NCBI GenBank assembly: GCA_963753975.1
Contig: CAVWEH010000005.1
Coordinates: 471,287-535,286, forward strand
DNA length: 64,000 bases
Direction of reading: 5' to 3'
Source: an uncultured delta proteobacterium
Lineage (GTDB): Bacteria; Desulfobacterota; Syntrophia; Syntrophales; Smithellaceae
In this document: piece after piece, positions 43,025 through 52,632 of the stretch
Layout: each line of letters begins with the position of its first letter
Numbering within the stretch: the stretch's first letter is position 1
Translations under genes and position numbers: made by a program
The notes under the pieces: model-generated
Databases searched by the model: none
Seen by the model: the letters and a program-made list of their open reading frames with translations, nothing else
What the model was told of the DNA's origin: nothing

Positions 43025-43528
43025 ATGACCCAAAATAATCTCTCGCCAAAACTTTATCCGGCTTTTCTCAAAGGCATTATTATCCTGGCAGTTGCTTTAT
43101 TTATTGCCGTTATTTTTAACTTGATCCGGCCTGCCGCTATAAACATATTCGGTTTTTCCTCCGCAGCTTTAGTCAAGGAAGAGCAAGCTAAAATTCCCAA
43201 AATAACTCTTTCCACAGCTTACAATCTGTATCTAAAAAATAAAGTTATATTTATTGACGCTCGCGATCCTCTGAGCTACGCAGATGGTCATATAATGGGA
43301 GCAATCAACATCTATCCTGATGAAGCTGCACTCTACTCGGCCAACCTAAGAATTAAAGCCGATCAGGGTTTCATTTTTATAGCATACTGCGACGGCCCCC
43401 AATGCCCTTTGAGCAAAGAAACGGCGTACGCCTTATTGCTGAGGGGCATTCCCGATGTGAAGGTTTTTGTTAATGGATGGATTCTTTGGTTAAAGGCCGG
43501 TCATCCCGTCTCGAGGGGAAAGAAATGA
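43025..43528 (+). CDS. Membrane-anchored rhodanese-domain sulfurtransferase
   Basis: An N-terminal TM segment is followed by an active-site loop YCDGPQC. Confidence 0.8.
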   Translation: MTQNNLSPKLYPAFLKGIIILAVALFIAVIFNLIRPAAINIFGFSSAALVKEEQAKIPKITLSTAYNLYLKNKVIFIDARDPLSYADGHIMGAINIYPDEAALYSANLRIKADQGFIFIAYCDGPQCPLSKETAYALLLRGIPDVKVFVNGWILWLKAGHPVSRGKK

Positions 43529-43974
43529 CATTAAAAAATCCCTCTCGGGCTTTCATCCCTGTATTTGCCCTGGTTTGCCGGTTGACTCTGGCAATTATCT
43601 TCTTTTATGCCGGCATAGAAAAAATTATCGATCCCAGAGATTTTGCTATAGCTATTTATAACTATCAATTGCTTCCGGATCGCATTATCAATTTATCAGC
43701 GATATTTTTGCCGTGGCTGGAAGTTTTCATAGCGGCAAGTCTCGTCGGCGGAATTTATATACGAGGAGCCGCCTTATTATCCGCCTTATTGTTTCTCATA
43801 TTCGCCGCGGCACTGACAATAAATTTAGTCAGGGGCCTGGATGTTTCCTGCGGCTGTTTTGGAGCGTCTTCGGGAAATATAAGTTGGCTTTATCTTGCGC
43901 GCGACCTTTCTCTTTTTTGTATGTCTGTCTTCGTTCTGATTTACGACCGCGGCTGGCGTTATTTTTTCGTTTAG
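43525..43974 (+). CDS. MauE/DoxX-family membrane protein
   Basis: It has four TM helices and a CGCFG motif. The start overlaps the rhodanese stop. Confidence 0.7.
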   Translation: MTLKNPSRAFIPVFALVCRLTLAIIFFYAGIEKIIDPRDFAIAIYNYQLLPDRIINLSAIFLPWLEVFIAASLVGGIYIRGAALLSALLFLIFAAALTINLVRGLDVSCGCFGASSGNISWLYLARDLSLFCMSVFVLIYDRGWRYFFV

Positions 43975-43989
43975 CGCTCGCGCAAACTA

Positions 43990-44763
43990 TCACTTTTGGC
44001 AACCAGGGCAATAAAAAGTGCTTCGTCCTCCCTGTTTTATCCTGCGTACTGTGCCTCCGCAAGTCATACATTGTTTTCCTTCTTGCCCGTAAACTTTCAA
44101 TTCGTGCTGATTCTCACCTTTGCGGCCATACAAATCCCGCCAATCGGAAATCGACGTTCCTCTCTTGCCAATCGCTTTTTGGAGCACTATTTTAGCTTGA
44201 TGAAATATCTTTCTCCACTCCGCTTCTTTCAATGTCGCCGCTGCTCTTTCGGGATGGATGCGCGCCTCGTATAAAATCTCACAGGCGTAAATATTGCCGA
44301 TGCCGCTTACGGCATTTTGATCCATTATCAGAGACTTCACTTTCGTCCTACGGCTGCCGTGAGCACTGACAAAATTTTTAAGGTCAAAATCCCTAAATAT
44401 TTCACTCCCGGCAGCGTTTTTCTCTTCCTGCGACACTCTGATTGTCGCAAAACGGCGTGGATCTACCAGAAATACATTTCCGTCAGCAAATGACATCCTC
44501 CAGCGGCTGTGCTTACGCTTTGACGAAATCTTCTGCCATAAAAGCCTTCCGGTCATGCGCAAATGAATAAAGATGATATTTCCGTCATCAAGAATGACCG
44601 CAATCATTTTGCCTTTGCGCTCTACTGCGACTATTCTTCTTCCCTTAATACCCTTTATGCTCTTTAATTTATCATCGAACACTGCGGTGGATAAAATTTC
44701 TTTGCCGCAAATTTTCTTTTTCAGTTGCCGACACAATGTTTCTACTTCGGGTAATTCAGGCAT
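43990..44763 (-). CDS. mutM: Formamidopyrimidine-DNA glycosylase
   Basis: The product starts MPELPEVETL (Pro2, Glu3) and ends in the zinc finger CxxC..CPxC. Confidence 0.9.
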   Translation of the reverse strand: MPELPEVETLCRQLKKKICGKEILSTAVFDDKLKSIKGIKGRRIVAVERKGKMIAVILDDGNIIFIHLRMTGRLLWQKISSKRKHSRWRMSFADGNVFLVDPRRFATIRVSQEEKNAAGSEIFRDFDLKNFVSAHGSRRTKVKSLIMDQNAVSGIGNIYACEILYEARIHPERAAATLKEAEWRKIFHQAKIVLQKAIGKRGTSISDWRDLYGRKGENQHELKVYGQEGKQCMTCGGTVRRIKQGGRSTFYCPGCQK

Positions 44764-45171
44764 TTTTTCGCTCCATGGCTGCCGGGACACATTTATCTTC
44801 TGCTTTTATTGTTACTAAAAATAATTTCTTTTGCCTACTTCTTTTTTCGGTTTAACAAGTACAGCAGAAAAACCATCTAAGAAATTTTTTGAGGCTTTAT
44901 GGATTAGATTTACATAATTGTTTGCGCGACACGAAAAATTTTCAATTGATGTTTGATCAAGAATACGAAAATTGAAAATTCGGCGAACAAAAAAGCAAAG
45001 GACGCGAGAGAAATTTATTTTAGAGAAAAATTTCATCTGTAAAAAAAAAGTCGTTTTATGAAAAAAAGTGTTGACAAATTTTTTTCTACGCGTACATTCA
45101 AATTATAGATTTTTATTTTTTACATATAAAAAAATTTTTGCGGAGGAAAAACCTCCAGAAGGAGTAATCAA

Positions 45172-46482
45172 ATGGAAAACGAGACCCTATTTAATGAGGA
45201 GGCGGAACCTCCTGGTCCAGCGACCGGTCTTGTTAAAGTTAAAAATGAAGTAATTGACTTTTTCTCGATAGACGCAAAAACTAACCAGCCATATCCGGCT
45301 AAACAAAAGTCTGACAGGATTATATTCCCTTTCAAAGATTCGGCTCGTTCACGTCTTTTCCGCAAACGACATTACCCAGACATAACCCGCTTCGAATGGT
45401 TCGACTGGCATTGGCAGCTGCGCAATGCCATAAGAGACGTCGACACATTATCGCAAATTATAAACTTGTCCGATAATGAACGTCAGGCGATGATGCACCA
45501 TGCGGGAGCCCTGCCGGTTTCCATTACCCCATACTACGCGAGTTTGCTCGATCCTTTCGATGCTTCGGCTCCGCTGCGCCGCTGCGTTGTCCCGGTAGTC
45601 GATGAATGCCTCCATACCGCGGGCGAAGAAGAAGATCCCTTGAACGAGGATGCCGATTCCCCAGTTCCCGGGATTGTGCATCGTTATCCTGACCGCGCTC
45701 TATTTTTGGTAACTGATTCCTGCTCTACCTATTGCCGTTATTGCACGCGTTCCCGCATTATTGAACGCAGTAATCAGTCCTATGTCGATTTCGAAAAATG
45801 GGAGAAGGCTATAGAGTATATCGAAAGCAATCAAAACATCCGAGATGTTCTTCTCTCTGGCGGTGATCCTTTAACCTTGTCCGACAACAAGCTGGAATGG
45901 CTGTTGATGCGCTTGCACAAAATTCCTCATATTGAACTTTTGCGTATCGGAACAAAAGTACCGGTTGTTTTGCCGCAGAGAATAACTCCGGCTTTAAGCG
46001 CCATGCTGAAAAAATACCATCCTCTATGGATAAGTATTCATATTGCTCATCCCGATGAACTGACGCCGGAAATGAGCGCCGCGTGCATTCGCTTGGCCGA
46101 TGCCGGAATTCCACTGGGCAGTCAGACCGTGCTGCTTTCCGGCATTAATGATAACGTCGCCACAATGATGAGGCTGGTACACGGTCAATTGCAAATCCGG
46201 GTTCGTCCCTACTATCTCTACCAGTGCGATCCCATTCCCGGCTCCTCTCATTTCCGCACACCGGTTAGTAAAGGACTGGAAATCATTCAGGGGCTACGCG
46301 GATATACAACGGGATATGCCGTGCCTACTTATGTTGTCGATGCTCCCGGCGGTGGCGGAAAAATCCCTTTGCTTCCTGAACATGCTGTAGGCTGGGAAAA
46401 AGGCGACTTGCTTTTGCGCAATTATGAAGGAAATATTTTCCGTTATCCCGATAATCACGCAGAGCAAAAAGATATACATTAA
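45172..46482 (+). CDS. kamA: Lysine 2,3-aminomutase (radical SAM)
   Basis: A CSTYCRYCTRS cluster is present and similarity to clostridial KamA is high. The lysine-specific Asp residues are present (YQCD, VVDAPGGGGK). Confidence 0.9.
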   Translation: MENETLFNEEAEPPGPATGLVKVKNEVIDFFSIDAKTNQPYPAKQKSDRIIFPFKDSARSRLFRKRHYPDITRFEWFDWHWQLRNAIRDVDTLSQIINLSDNERQAMMHHAGALPVSITPYYASLLDPFDASAPLRRCVVPVVDECLHTAGEEEDPLNEDADSPVPGIVHRYPDRALFLVTDSCSTYCRYCTRSRIIERSNQSYVDFEKWEKAIEYIESNQNIRDVLLSGGDPLTLSDNKLEWLLMRLHKIPHIELLRIGTKVPVVLPQRITPALSAMLKKYHPLWISIHIAHPDELTPEMSAACIRLADAGIPLGSQTVLLSGINDNVATMMRLVHGQLQIRVRPYYLYQCDPIPGSSHFRTPVSKGLEIIQGLRGYTTGYAVPTYVVDAPGGGGKIPLLPEHAVGWEKGDLLLRNYEGNIFRYPDNHAEQKDIH

Positions 46483-46521
46483 AATATTAGTTAATTAAAA
46501 GCCGGGGGTAGATAGTTCTAT

Positions 46522-47520
46522 TTGATTATGGCTGTTAAAAAGTTGAAAGTTGGATTGACTTATGATCTGCGAGACGATTACCTAAAAGAAGGATACTCTC
46601 TTGAAGAAACAGCCGAATTTGATCTGCCCGATACTATTGACGCAATTGAAAAAGTCATTTTAGATAACGGTTACAAAGCCTGCCGAATCGGCAATATTAA
46701 AGCTTTGGTCCGCCATCTTGCGGCAGGAGAACGTTGGGACATTGTTTTCAATATTGCCGAAGGTCTGCATGGTTTTGGCCGCGAGGCACAAGTTCCCGCC
46801 CTGTTAGACGCTTACAAGATTCCCTATACTTTCTCCGACCCATTAGGACAGGCCATTACACTCCATAAAGGAATGACTAAAAATATCATTCGCGGCCTGG
46901 GAATTCCCACTCCTGACTTTGCCGTAGTTGGTAATGTCAAAGATATTGCCAGAGTCAACCTTCTTTATCCTCTTTTTGCCAAGCCGATAGCGGAAGGTAC
47001 GGGTAAAGGCATAACACCTATGTCGAAAATAAATAATCGGGAAGAACTACATCATGTTTGCCTGAACCTTTTACAAAACTTTAACCAACCGGTTCTTGTA
47101 GAAACTTATCTATCCGGCCGCGAATTTACAGTGGGTATACTAGGGACAGGTAAAGATGCCCGAGCCTTGGGTACGCTAGAGGTTATTCTCAAACCTATCG
47201 CGGAAAAAAATGCGTATTCTTATGAAAACAAGGAACACTATGATAAAGTGGTCCAATATGTTCTGGTTAATGATGATGAAGCCAAAAAAGCGATGGAAAT
47301 ATCACTTATGGCCTGGCAAGCTCTGGATTTAAAGGATGCCGGCCGTATTGACTTACGTTCTGACGCTCGCGGCATGCCTCATTTTATGGAAGTTAATCCT
47401 CTCGCCGGCTTAAACCCCATACGTTCGGATTTGCCTATTTTGTGCACTCAATTAGGCATGAGCTATCATGAACTAATAAGTTCCATCATTGAATCGGCCA
47501 TAAAGCGCGCTAATAACTAA
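46522..47520 (+). CDS. D-Ala-D-Ala ligase-like ATP-grasp enzyme
   Basis: It has the Ddl N-terminal, central and C-terminal domains (..GREFTVGILG..). Confidence 0.8.
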   Translation: MIMAVKKLKVGLTYDLRDDYLKEGYSLEETAEFDLPDTIDAIEKVILDNGYKACRIGNIKALVRHLAAGERWDIVFNIAEGLHGFGREAQVPALLDAYKIPYTFSDPLGQAITLHKGMTKNIIRGLGIPTPDFAVVGNVKDIARVNLLYPLFAKPIAEGTGKGITPMSKINNREELHHVCLNLLQNFNQPVLVETYLSGREFTVGILGTGKDARALGTLEVILKPIAEKNAYSYENKEHYDKVVQYVLVNDDEAKKAMEISLMAWQALDLKDAGRIDLRSDARGMPHFMEVNPLAGLNPIRSDLPILCTQLGMSYHELISSIIESAIKRANN

Positions 47521-47560
47521 TCATCAATCCAGATTGGCTGAATATTCTTCATGAAAGATT

Positions 47561-48556
47561 ATGATGAAAAAAATACTAATTTTGCACAGTGATATTTCGC
47601 CGGATGCCACAGAGGATGAACTTGATTGTCTCAAACAAGCCGAGACAATTGAAGCAGCCTTGCGCCGTCTGGATTACGAGCCCACGCTTTTTCCTTTTGG
47701 CCTTGATTTAAACCAAACGATAAAAAAGCTGAAATTCTTAAAACCGCAAGTCGTTTTCAACATAGCGGAAACTTTGGCCGCCAAAGGCAGTTTAATTTAT
47801 TTCGCTCCCGCTATTCTCGATATTCTGCAGATTCCTTATACCGGTTGCGGCACGCAAGCCTTGTTCCAAACATCAAACAAACCCCTGGCCAAAAAAATCA
47901 TGTATGATGCCCATATTGCCACTCCGGCCTGGGTAACGCAAGAAGAGTTCAGCTCTCAAACTGCTCCTGCTAATATATATTTAATCAAATCTTCATGGGA
48001 ACACGCTTCTATCGGTTTGGATGAAAACTCCCTCATTCGTTATACGAATAATGAAAATCTTTTGAAGGAAATGATCCGCCGCAAAGAAAAACTCGGCGGT
48101 TCTTGTTATGCCGAAGCCTATATTGACGGGCGTGAATTCAGTATAGCCCTTATCTCCGCTCCATCCGGTGTGATGGTTTTGCCGGTAGCCGAGATGCTTT
48201 TTCGGGATTATGCTCCGGATAAACCAAAGCTTGTGGACTATAAAGCCAAATGGGTGGCGGATTCTTTTGAGTACAATAACACAATACAAAAATTTGATTT
48301 CAATGAAACCGATGCTAACCTTATATCGGCCATGCGTGAAATTGCGCTGCGTTGTTGGCATCTTTTCGGTTTGCGCGGATACGCGCGAGTCGATTTTCGC
48401 GTTGATAATAACGGCAAGCCATGGGTACTGGAAATCAATTCAAATCCTTGCTTGTCGACTGATGCCGGTTTCGCCGCTGCGCTGGAACAGGCAAAAATAA
48501 AATATCACGAAGCTATCGAGCTCATTATCAACGATGCTTTGAAATCACGGGTATGA
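47561..48556 (+). CDS. Second D-Ala-D-Ala ligase-like ATP-grasp enzyme
   Basis: A Ddl-like fold is supported by GREFSIALI and VLEINSNP. Confidence 0.8.
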   Translation: MMKKILILHSDISPDATEDELDCLKQAETIEAALRRLDYEPTLFPFGLDLNQTIKKLKFLKPQVVFNIAETLAAKGSLIYFAPAILDILQIPYTGCGTQALFQTSNKPLAKKIMYDAHIATPAWVTQEEFSSQTAPANIYLIKSSWEHASIGLDENSLIRYTNNENLLKEMIRRKEKLGGSCYAEAYIDGREFSIALISAPSGVMVLPVAEMLFRDYAPDKPKLVDYKAKWVADSFEYNNTIQKFDFNETDANLISAMREIALRCWHLFGLRGYARVDFRVDNNGKPWVLEINSNPCLSTDAGFAAALEQAKIKYHEAIELIINDALKSRV

Positions 48557-48597
48557 ACCCCAAGCAAGCTGTGGAGGTATTATACTCCTGCTTTATA

Positions 48598-48720
48598 CGG
48601 GACAATTCGACCTGCAAGCTTCAGCAGTGACGTGACCCTTTAGGTTTTGCACTTTGTTTCTGAAACTTGGGTCTCACTACAATATAGCTCCACTTAGCTT
48701 CGCACGTGGGATAATTCAAC
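48598..48720. repeat. Copy B of the intergenic repeat family
   Basis: It has the same roughly 95 nt core as copy A. A second GGGATAATTCAAC motif lies at 48707 in direct orientation. Confidence 0.5.
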
Positions 48721-48874
48721 TTACAGATATTACTGCACTGCGTTTGTGGAGCACCTCTGTAAGGAGCCGAAAGCTATTTTCAAAGACACGACATCCCGTG
48801 ATGGGATAATATCTGAGTTTCATTAGAATTGAAGTTTCACAAATGAAAAGGGAGCTAAATGCTCAAACACTTTT

Positions 48875-49363
48875 ATGGCTAATCTTCAAATAACATTCAG
48901 ACAACAAATCAAACAAACTGACGTCGAGGCAATTGAAAAGATTGTGAGCTCCAGCGGTTTCTTTTCTTCCGCGGAAATCGATATTGCGTTAGAATTAGCT
49001 GAGGAAAAATTAGCGGAAGGCACTGCCAGTTCTTACCAGTTTTTATTTGCCGAAGTCGAAAATATTGTCTGCGGTTATAGCTGTTTCGGCTTAATACCGA
49101 TGACTTCCGCAAGCTACGATCTTTATTGGATCGCCGTAAATGAAAATATACGTGGCCAAAGTATAGGGAAAAAACTGCTGTCTAAATCTGAGGAAATTAT
49201 CTTTAGTTTAGGCGGCAAACGTATTTATGTGGAGACATCTTCCCGCAATCAATATCGTCCAACACACAATTTTTATGAAAGTTGTGGCTATCGTAAGGAA
49301 GCAATTTTAAAAGATTTCTACTCCCCGGGCGACAGTAAAATTATTTATTCCAAAGAGCTCTAA
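48875..49363 (+). CDS. GNAT-family N-acetyltransferase
   Basis: It carries the RGQSIGKKLL acetyl-CoA motif. Confidence 0.75.
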   Translation: MANLQITFRQQIKQTDVEAIEKIVSSSGFFSSAEIDIALELAEEKLAEGTASSYQFLFAEVENIVCGYSCFGLIPMTSASYDLYWIAVNENIRGQSIGKKLLSKSEEIIFSLGGKRIYVETSSRNQYRPTHNFYESCGYRKEAILKDFYSPGDSKIIYSKEL

Positions 49364-49466
49364 AACCATTTAGCCGTCATGTTAAACAGCTTGCATTTTC
49401 CCCAATAATTAGCTAGAGGACTGCCTGAATTATTATCGCGAATTAAATTCTGAGGAGGAATCTTTC

Positions 49467-50087
49467 ATGCGTTTGTTTCCCAAAACGGAGAATTTTTTCG
49501 AATATTTCGAAGAGCTGGCCGGGAAAATCGAGGAAGGCGGTAATCTTTTTCTGGAAATGGCTCAAACTCGTGATTATTCCGACGTGAGAGTTGCCAAGCT
49601 TAAGGAAATTGAGCACGAAGCGGACGGCATTACCCATAAGACATACGAAAAAATGCATAAGACATTTCTCACGCCAATAGATCGTGAGGATATTTACGCG
49701 CTTGTTAATAAAATGGATAGTATTATGGATGTTATTGAAGCCACTGCTATCCGCATTCATCTCTATAATGTTAAAAAACCGGCTGATGAAATCATCAAAC
49801 AGGCACAAATCCTGAATGATGCGATAAAAAAAATCAAAAGCATTGTCCACGCAATGCGCAACATGAAGAACTCTGCAATGATCCTTAACCACTGCGTGGA
49901 AATTAATACCCTGGAAAACGCCGGCGATGTTGTTTTAAGAACTATAATGGCCAATCTTTTTGAAAACGAGAAAGATGCTATTGAGCTTATAAAATGGAAA
50001 GATATTTTTCAACTTCTGGAAGAAGCAATAGACGTATGCGAGGATGTTTCCAATATCGTAGAAGGGATTGTCCTGAAACATGCTTGA
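49467..50087 (+). CDS. DUF47/TIGR00153 PhoU-like phosphate-transport regulator
   Basis: It shows the typical pairing with a PiT transporter and is 206 aa and helical. Confidence 0.85.
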   Translation: MRLFPKTENFFEYFEELAGKIEEGGNLFLEMAQTRDYSDVRVAKLKEIEHEADGITHKTYEKMHKTFLTPIDREDIYALVNKMDSIMDVIEATAIRIHLYNVKKPADEIIKQAQILNDAIKKIKSIVHAMRNMKNSAMILNHCVEINTLENAGDVVLRTIMANLFENEKDAIELIKWKDIFQLLEEAIDVCEDVSNIVEGIVLKHA

Positions 50088-51081
50088 TTCTCTGGGTTTT
50101 GTTATATTTCTTGTTTTCATTGCCTTGGTTTTTGATTTTCTCAACGGGTTTCATGATTCCGCCAATTCCATATCCACCGTTGTTTCCACCCGTGTTCTTT
50201 CTCCGAAATTTGCCGTCCTTTGGGCGGCATTCTTTAACTTTATCGCCGCTTTCTTCATTGGAACGGAAGTTGCCAATACTGTCGGTCGCGGCATTATTCA
50301 TACAGACATTGTGAATAATTCATTAATTCTCGCAGCTTTGGGGGGAGCCATAATTTGGAACATCGCCACATGGTACTACGGACTCCCCAGCAGTTCCTCC
50401 CACGCCTTGATCGGCGGACTAATCGGAGCTGCAGTTGCCAAAGCTGGGACCAGCACATTGGTCTGGTCTGGTATCATCAAAACAACCGCCTTCATTGTTC
50501 TCTCACCAACTATCGGTTTGGTCTTAGGCTATATTTTTATGATTATTTCCCTAAACCTAAATCAAAACTCGAACATCGCTCGATCAGATAAGCTTTATCG
50601 AAAGCTACAGCTTATTTCTTCGGCCATATACTCCACAGGACACGGTATGAACGATGCACAAAAAACCATGGGAATTATTGCTATGGCCCTTTATAGCAAG
50701 GGACTTTTGGGTGCTACCTTTTCTATTCCTTTTTGGATTATTATTGCGTGTTATAGTGTTATTGCCTTGGGAACAATGTTTGGCGGCTGGCGCATCGTTA
50801 AAACCATGGGTACCAAAATCACCAAACTCCGTCCCATCGGCGGGTTCAGCGCTGAAGCTGCTGCTGCCTGTTCCATTATTGGCGCCTCTATCGCCGGAAT
50901 ACCGGTCAGCACAACACACACGATTACTGGTGCCATAGTTGGCGTCGGCGCCACCACAAGACTTACCGCCGTGCGCTGGGGTGTTGCCGGTAATATTATT
51001 TGGGCCTGGATTTTAACCATCCCTGTTACCGCATTAATTTCCGCTATTATTTATCTTGCTTTAAAACATTTTTCCAGTTAA
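50080..51081 (+). CDS. Inorganic phosphate transporter, PiT family
   Basis: It carries the duplicated GANDVAN-like PiT signatures (GFHDSANS, GMNDAQK). Confidence 0.9.
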   Translation: MLDSLGFVIFLVFIALVFDFLNGFHDSANSISTVVSTRVLSPKFAVLWAAFFNFIAAFFIGTEVANTVGRGIIHTDIVNNSLILAALGGAIIWNIATWYYGLPSSSSHALIGGLIGAAVAKAGTSTLVWSGIIKTTAFIVLSPTIGLVLGYIFMIISLNLNQNSNIARSDKLYRKLQLISSAIYSTGHGMNDAQKTMGIIAMALYSKGLLGATFSIPFWIIIACYSVIALGTMFGGWRIVKTMGTKITKLRPIGGFSAEAAAACSIIGASIAGIPVSTTHTITGAIVGVGATTRLTAVRWGVAGNIIWAWILTIPVTALISAIIYLALKHFSS

Positions 51082-51109
51082 CATTCCATAAACCTTCACT
51101 AATTAAAGA

Positions 51110-52603
51110 TTGAATATGAACATTTTAATGATTTATCCTCGCTATCCGGTTACTTTCTGGAGCTTTAAATATATTCTTAAGTATATATCCAAAAAAGCCG
51201 CTTTCCCGCCTCTCGGCTTACTTACCGTCGGAGCTATGCTGCCGAAAGAATGGAATCTGCGATTAGTCGATCTGAACATTCAAAAGCCCAAGCAAAAGGA
51301 TTTAGAATGGGCGGATTACGTGATGATCAGCGCGATGCTGGTGCAAAAAGATTCGGTCAGGGAAATCCTCGAAAATTGTAAAGAACTGAAGAAAAAGGTT
51401 ATTGCCGGAGGTCCACTGTTCACCGGCAAGCCGGAAACTTATGCCGATCTTGTCGACCATCTGATTCTAAATGAAGCAGAGTGTACACTACCTCAATTTT
51501 TGGCTGACCTGGAAAAGGGCATTCCCAAAAAACTTTACCGCTCCGATAGTTTTCCCCCTTTGCATATTACGCCACTACCGCGCTGGGATCTGGTAAAAAT
51601 AAAACACTACGCTACTTTGATGATCCAGTTTTCCCGTGGCTGTCCTTTTAACTGTGAGTTTTGCGATGTTACAACCTTATTCGGTCATAACCCGCGTACA
51701 AAAACTGAAAGGCAGTTCTTGCAAGAATTGCAAACCATTTACGATACAGGCTGGCGGGGAGCTCTATTTATTGTCGATGACAACTTCATCGGTAACAAAA
51801 AAGCTATTAAAGCAATGCTGCCTCAGGTAATTGAATGGATGAAAGCCCGGAGATATCCTTTTGAGATGCTTACCGAAACATCCATTAATATCGCCGATGA
51901 CGACGAGCTGATTCAACTTATGACGGAAGCCGGTTTTCAAAGCATATTCATCGGTCTGGAAACACCCAATGAAGAAAGCTTAAAGGAATGTTCCAAAAAT
52001 CAAAACTGCGAACGTGATATGACCGCGGCTATTAAGAAATTGCAGGCCGCGGGACTGCAAGTTTTTGGCGGCTATATTGTTGGCTTCGATCATGATGATG
52101 AAAGTATTTTTGCGCGGCAGATTAAGTTTATCCAGGAAACAGGCGTCGTTACCGCTATGGTGGGCTTATTAAACGCTTTACCCAACACAAAATTATGGCA
52201 CCGTCTAAAAAAAGAAAATCGCCTCGCGGACGTTTGTTCGGGAGACAATACCGATGGCTCTCTTAATTTTATTCCCCGCATGGACAAAGCGAAACTCATT
52301 GCGGGCTATAACAAAATCGTGAAGACCATTTACAGTCCTCGCCATTACTATCAACGCGTCAATGAATTTCTTAAAACCTACAAACCCCAACCATTTGCAA
52401 GAGCAAATAAATATTCCTGGATACGTTTAAAAGCGTTAATGCGATCCGTTTTTTTTATCGGTATTTTAGGCAACGGCGTCTCGCAGTGGTACTATTGGAA
52501 ACTTATGTTGAAAGCGCTAATTATTTACCGCAAGTCTTTTGCCGAAGCTATGACGCTCATGGTCTATGGTTACCACTTCCGTAAAATAGCCAAAAAATTA
52601 TAA
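51110..52603 (+). CDS. B12-binding radical SAM protein with a DUF4070 C-terminal domain
   Basis: An N-terminal B12-binding fold is followed by CPFNCEFC and a DUF4070-like tail. Confidence 0.85.
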   Translation: MNMNILMIYPRYPVTFWSFKYILKYISKKAAFPPLGLLTVGAMLPKEWNLRLVDLNIQKPKQKDLEWADYVMISAMLVQKDSVREILENCKELKKKVIAGGPLFTGKPETYADLVDHLILNEAECTLPQFLADLEKGIPKKLYRSDSFPPLHITPLPRWDLVKIKHYATLMIQFSRGCPFNCEFCDVTTLFGHNPRTKTERQFLQELQTIYDTGWRGALFIVDDNFIGNKKAIKAMLPQVIEWMKARRYPFEMLTETSINIADDDELIQLMTEAGFQSIFIGLETPNEESLKECSKNQNCERDMTAAIKKLQAAGLQVFGGYIVGFDHDDESIFARQIKFIQETGVVTAMVGLLNALPNTKLWHRLKKENRLADVCSGDNTDGSLNFIPRMDKAKLIAGYNKIVKTIYSPRHYYQRVNEFLKTYKPQPFARANKYSWIRLKALMRSVFFIGILGNGVSQWYYWKLMLKALIIYRKSFAEAMTLMVYGYHFRKIAKKL

Positions 52604-52632
52604 TTTTTTAACAAACAGGTGGATTCAATTAC

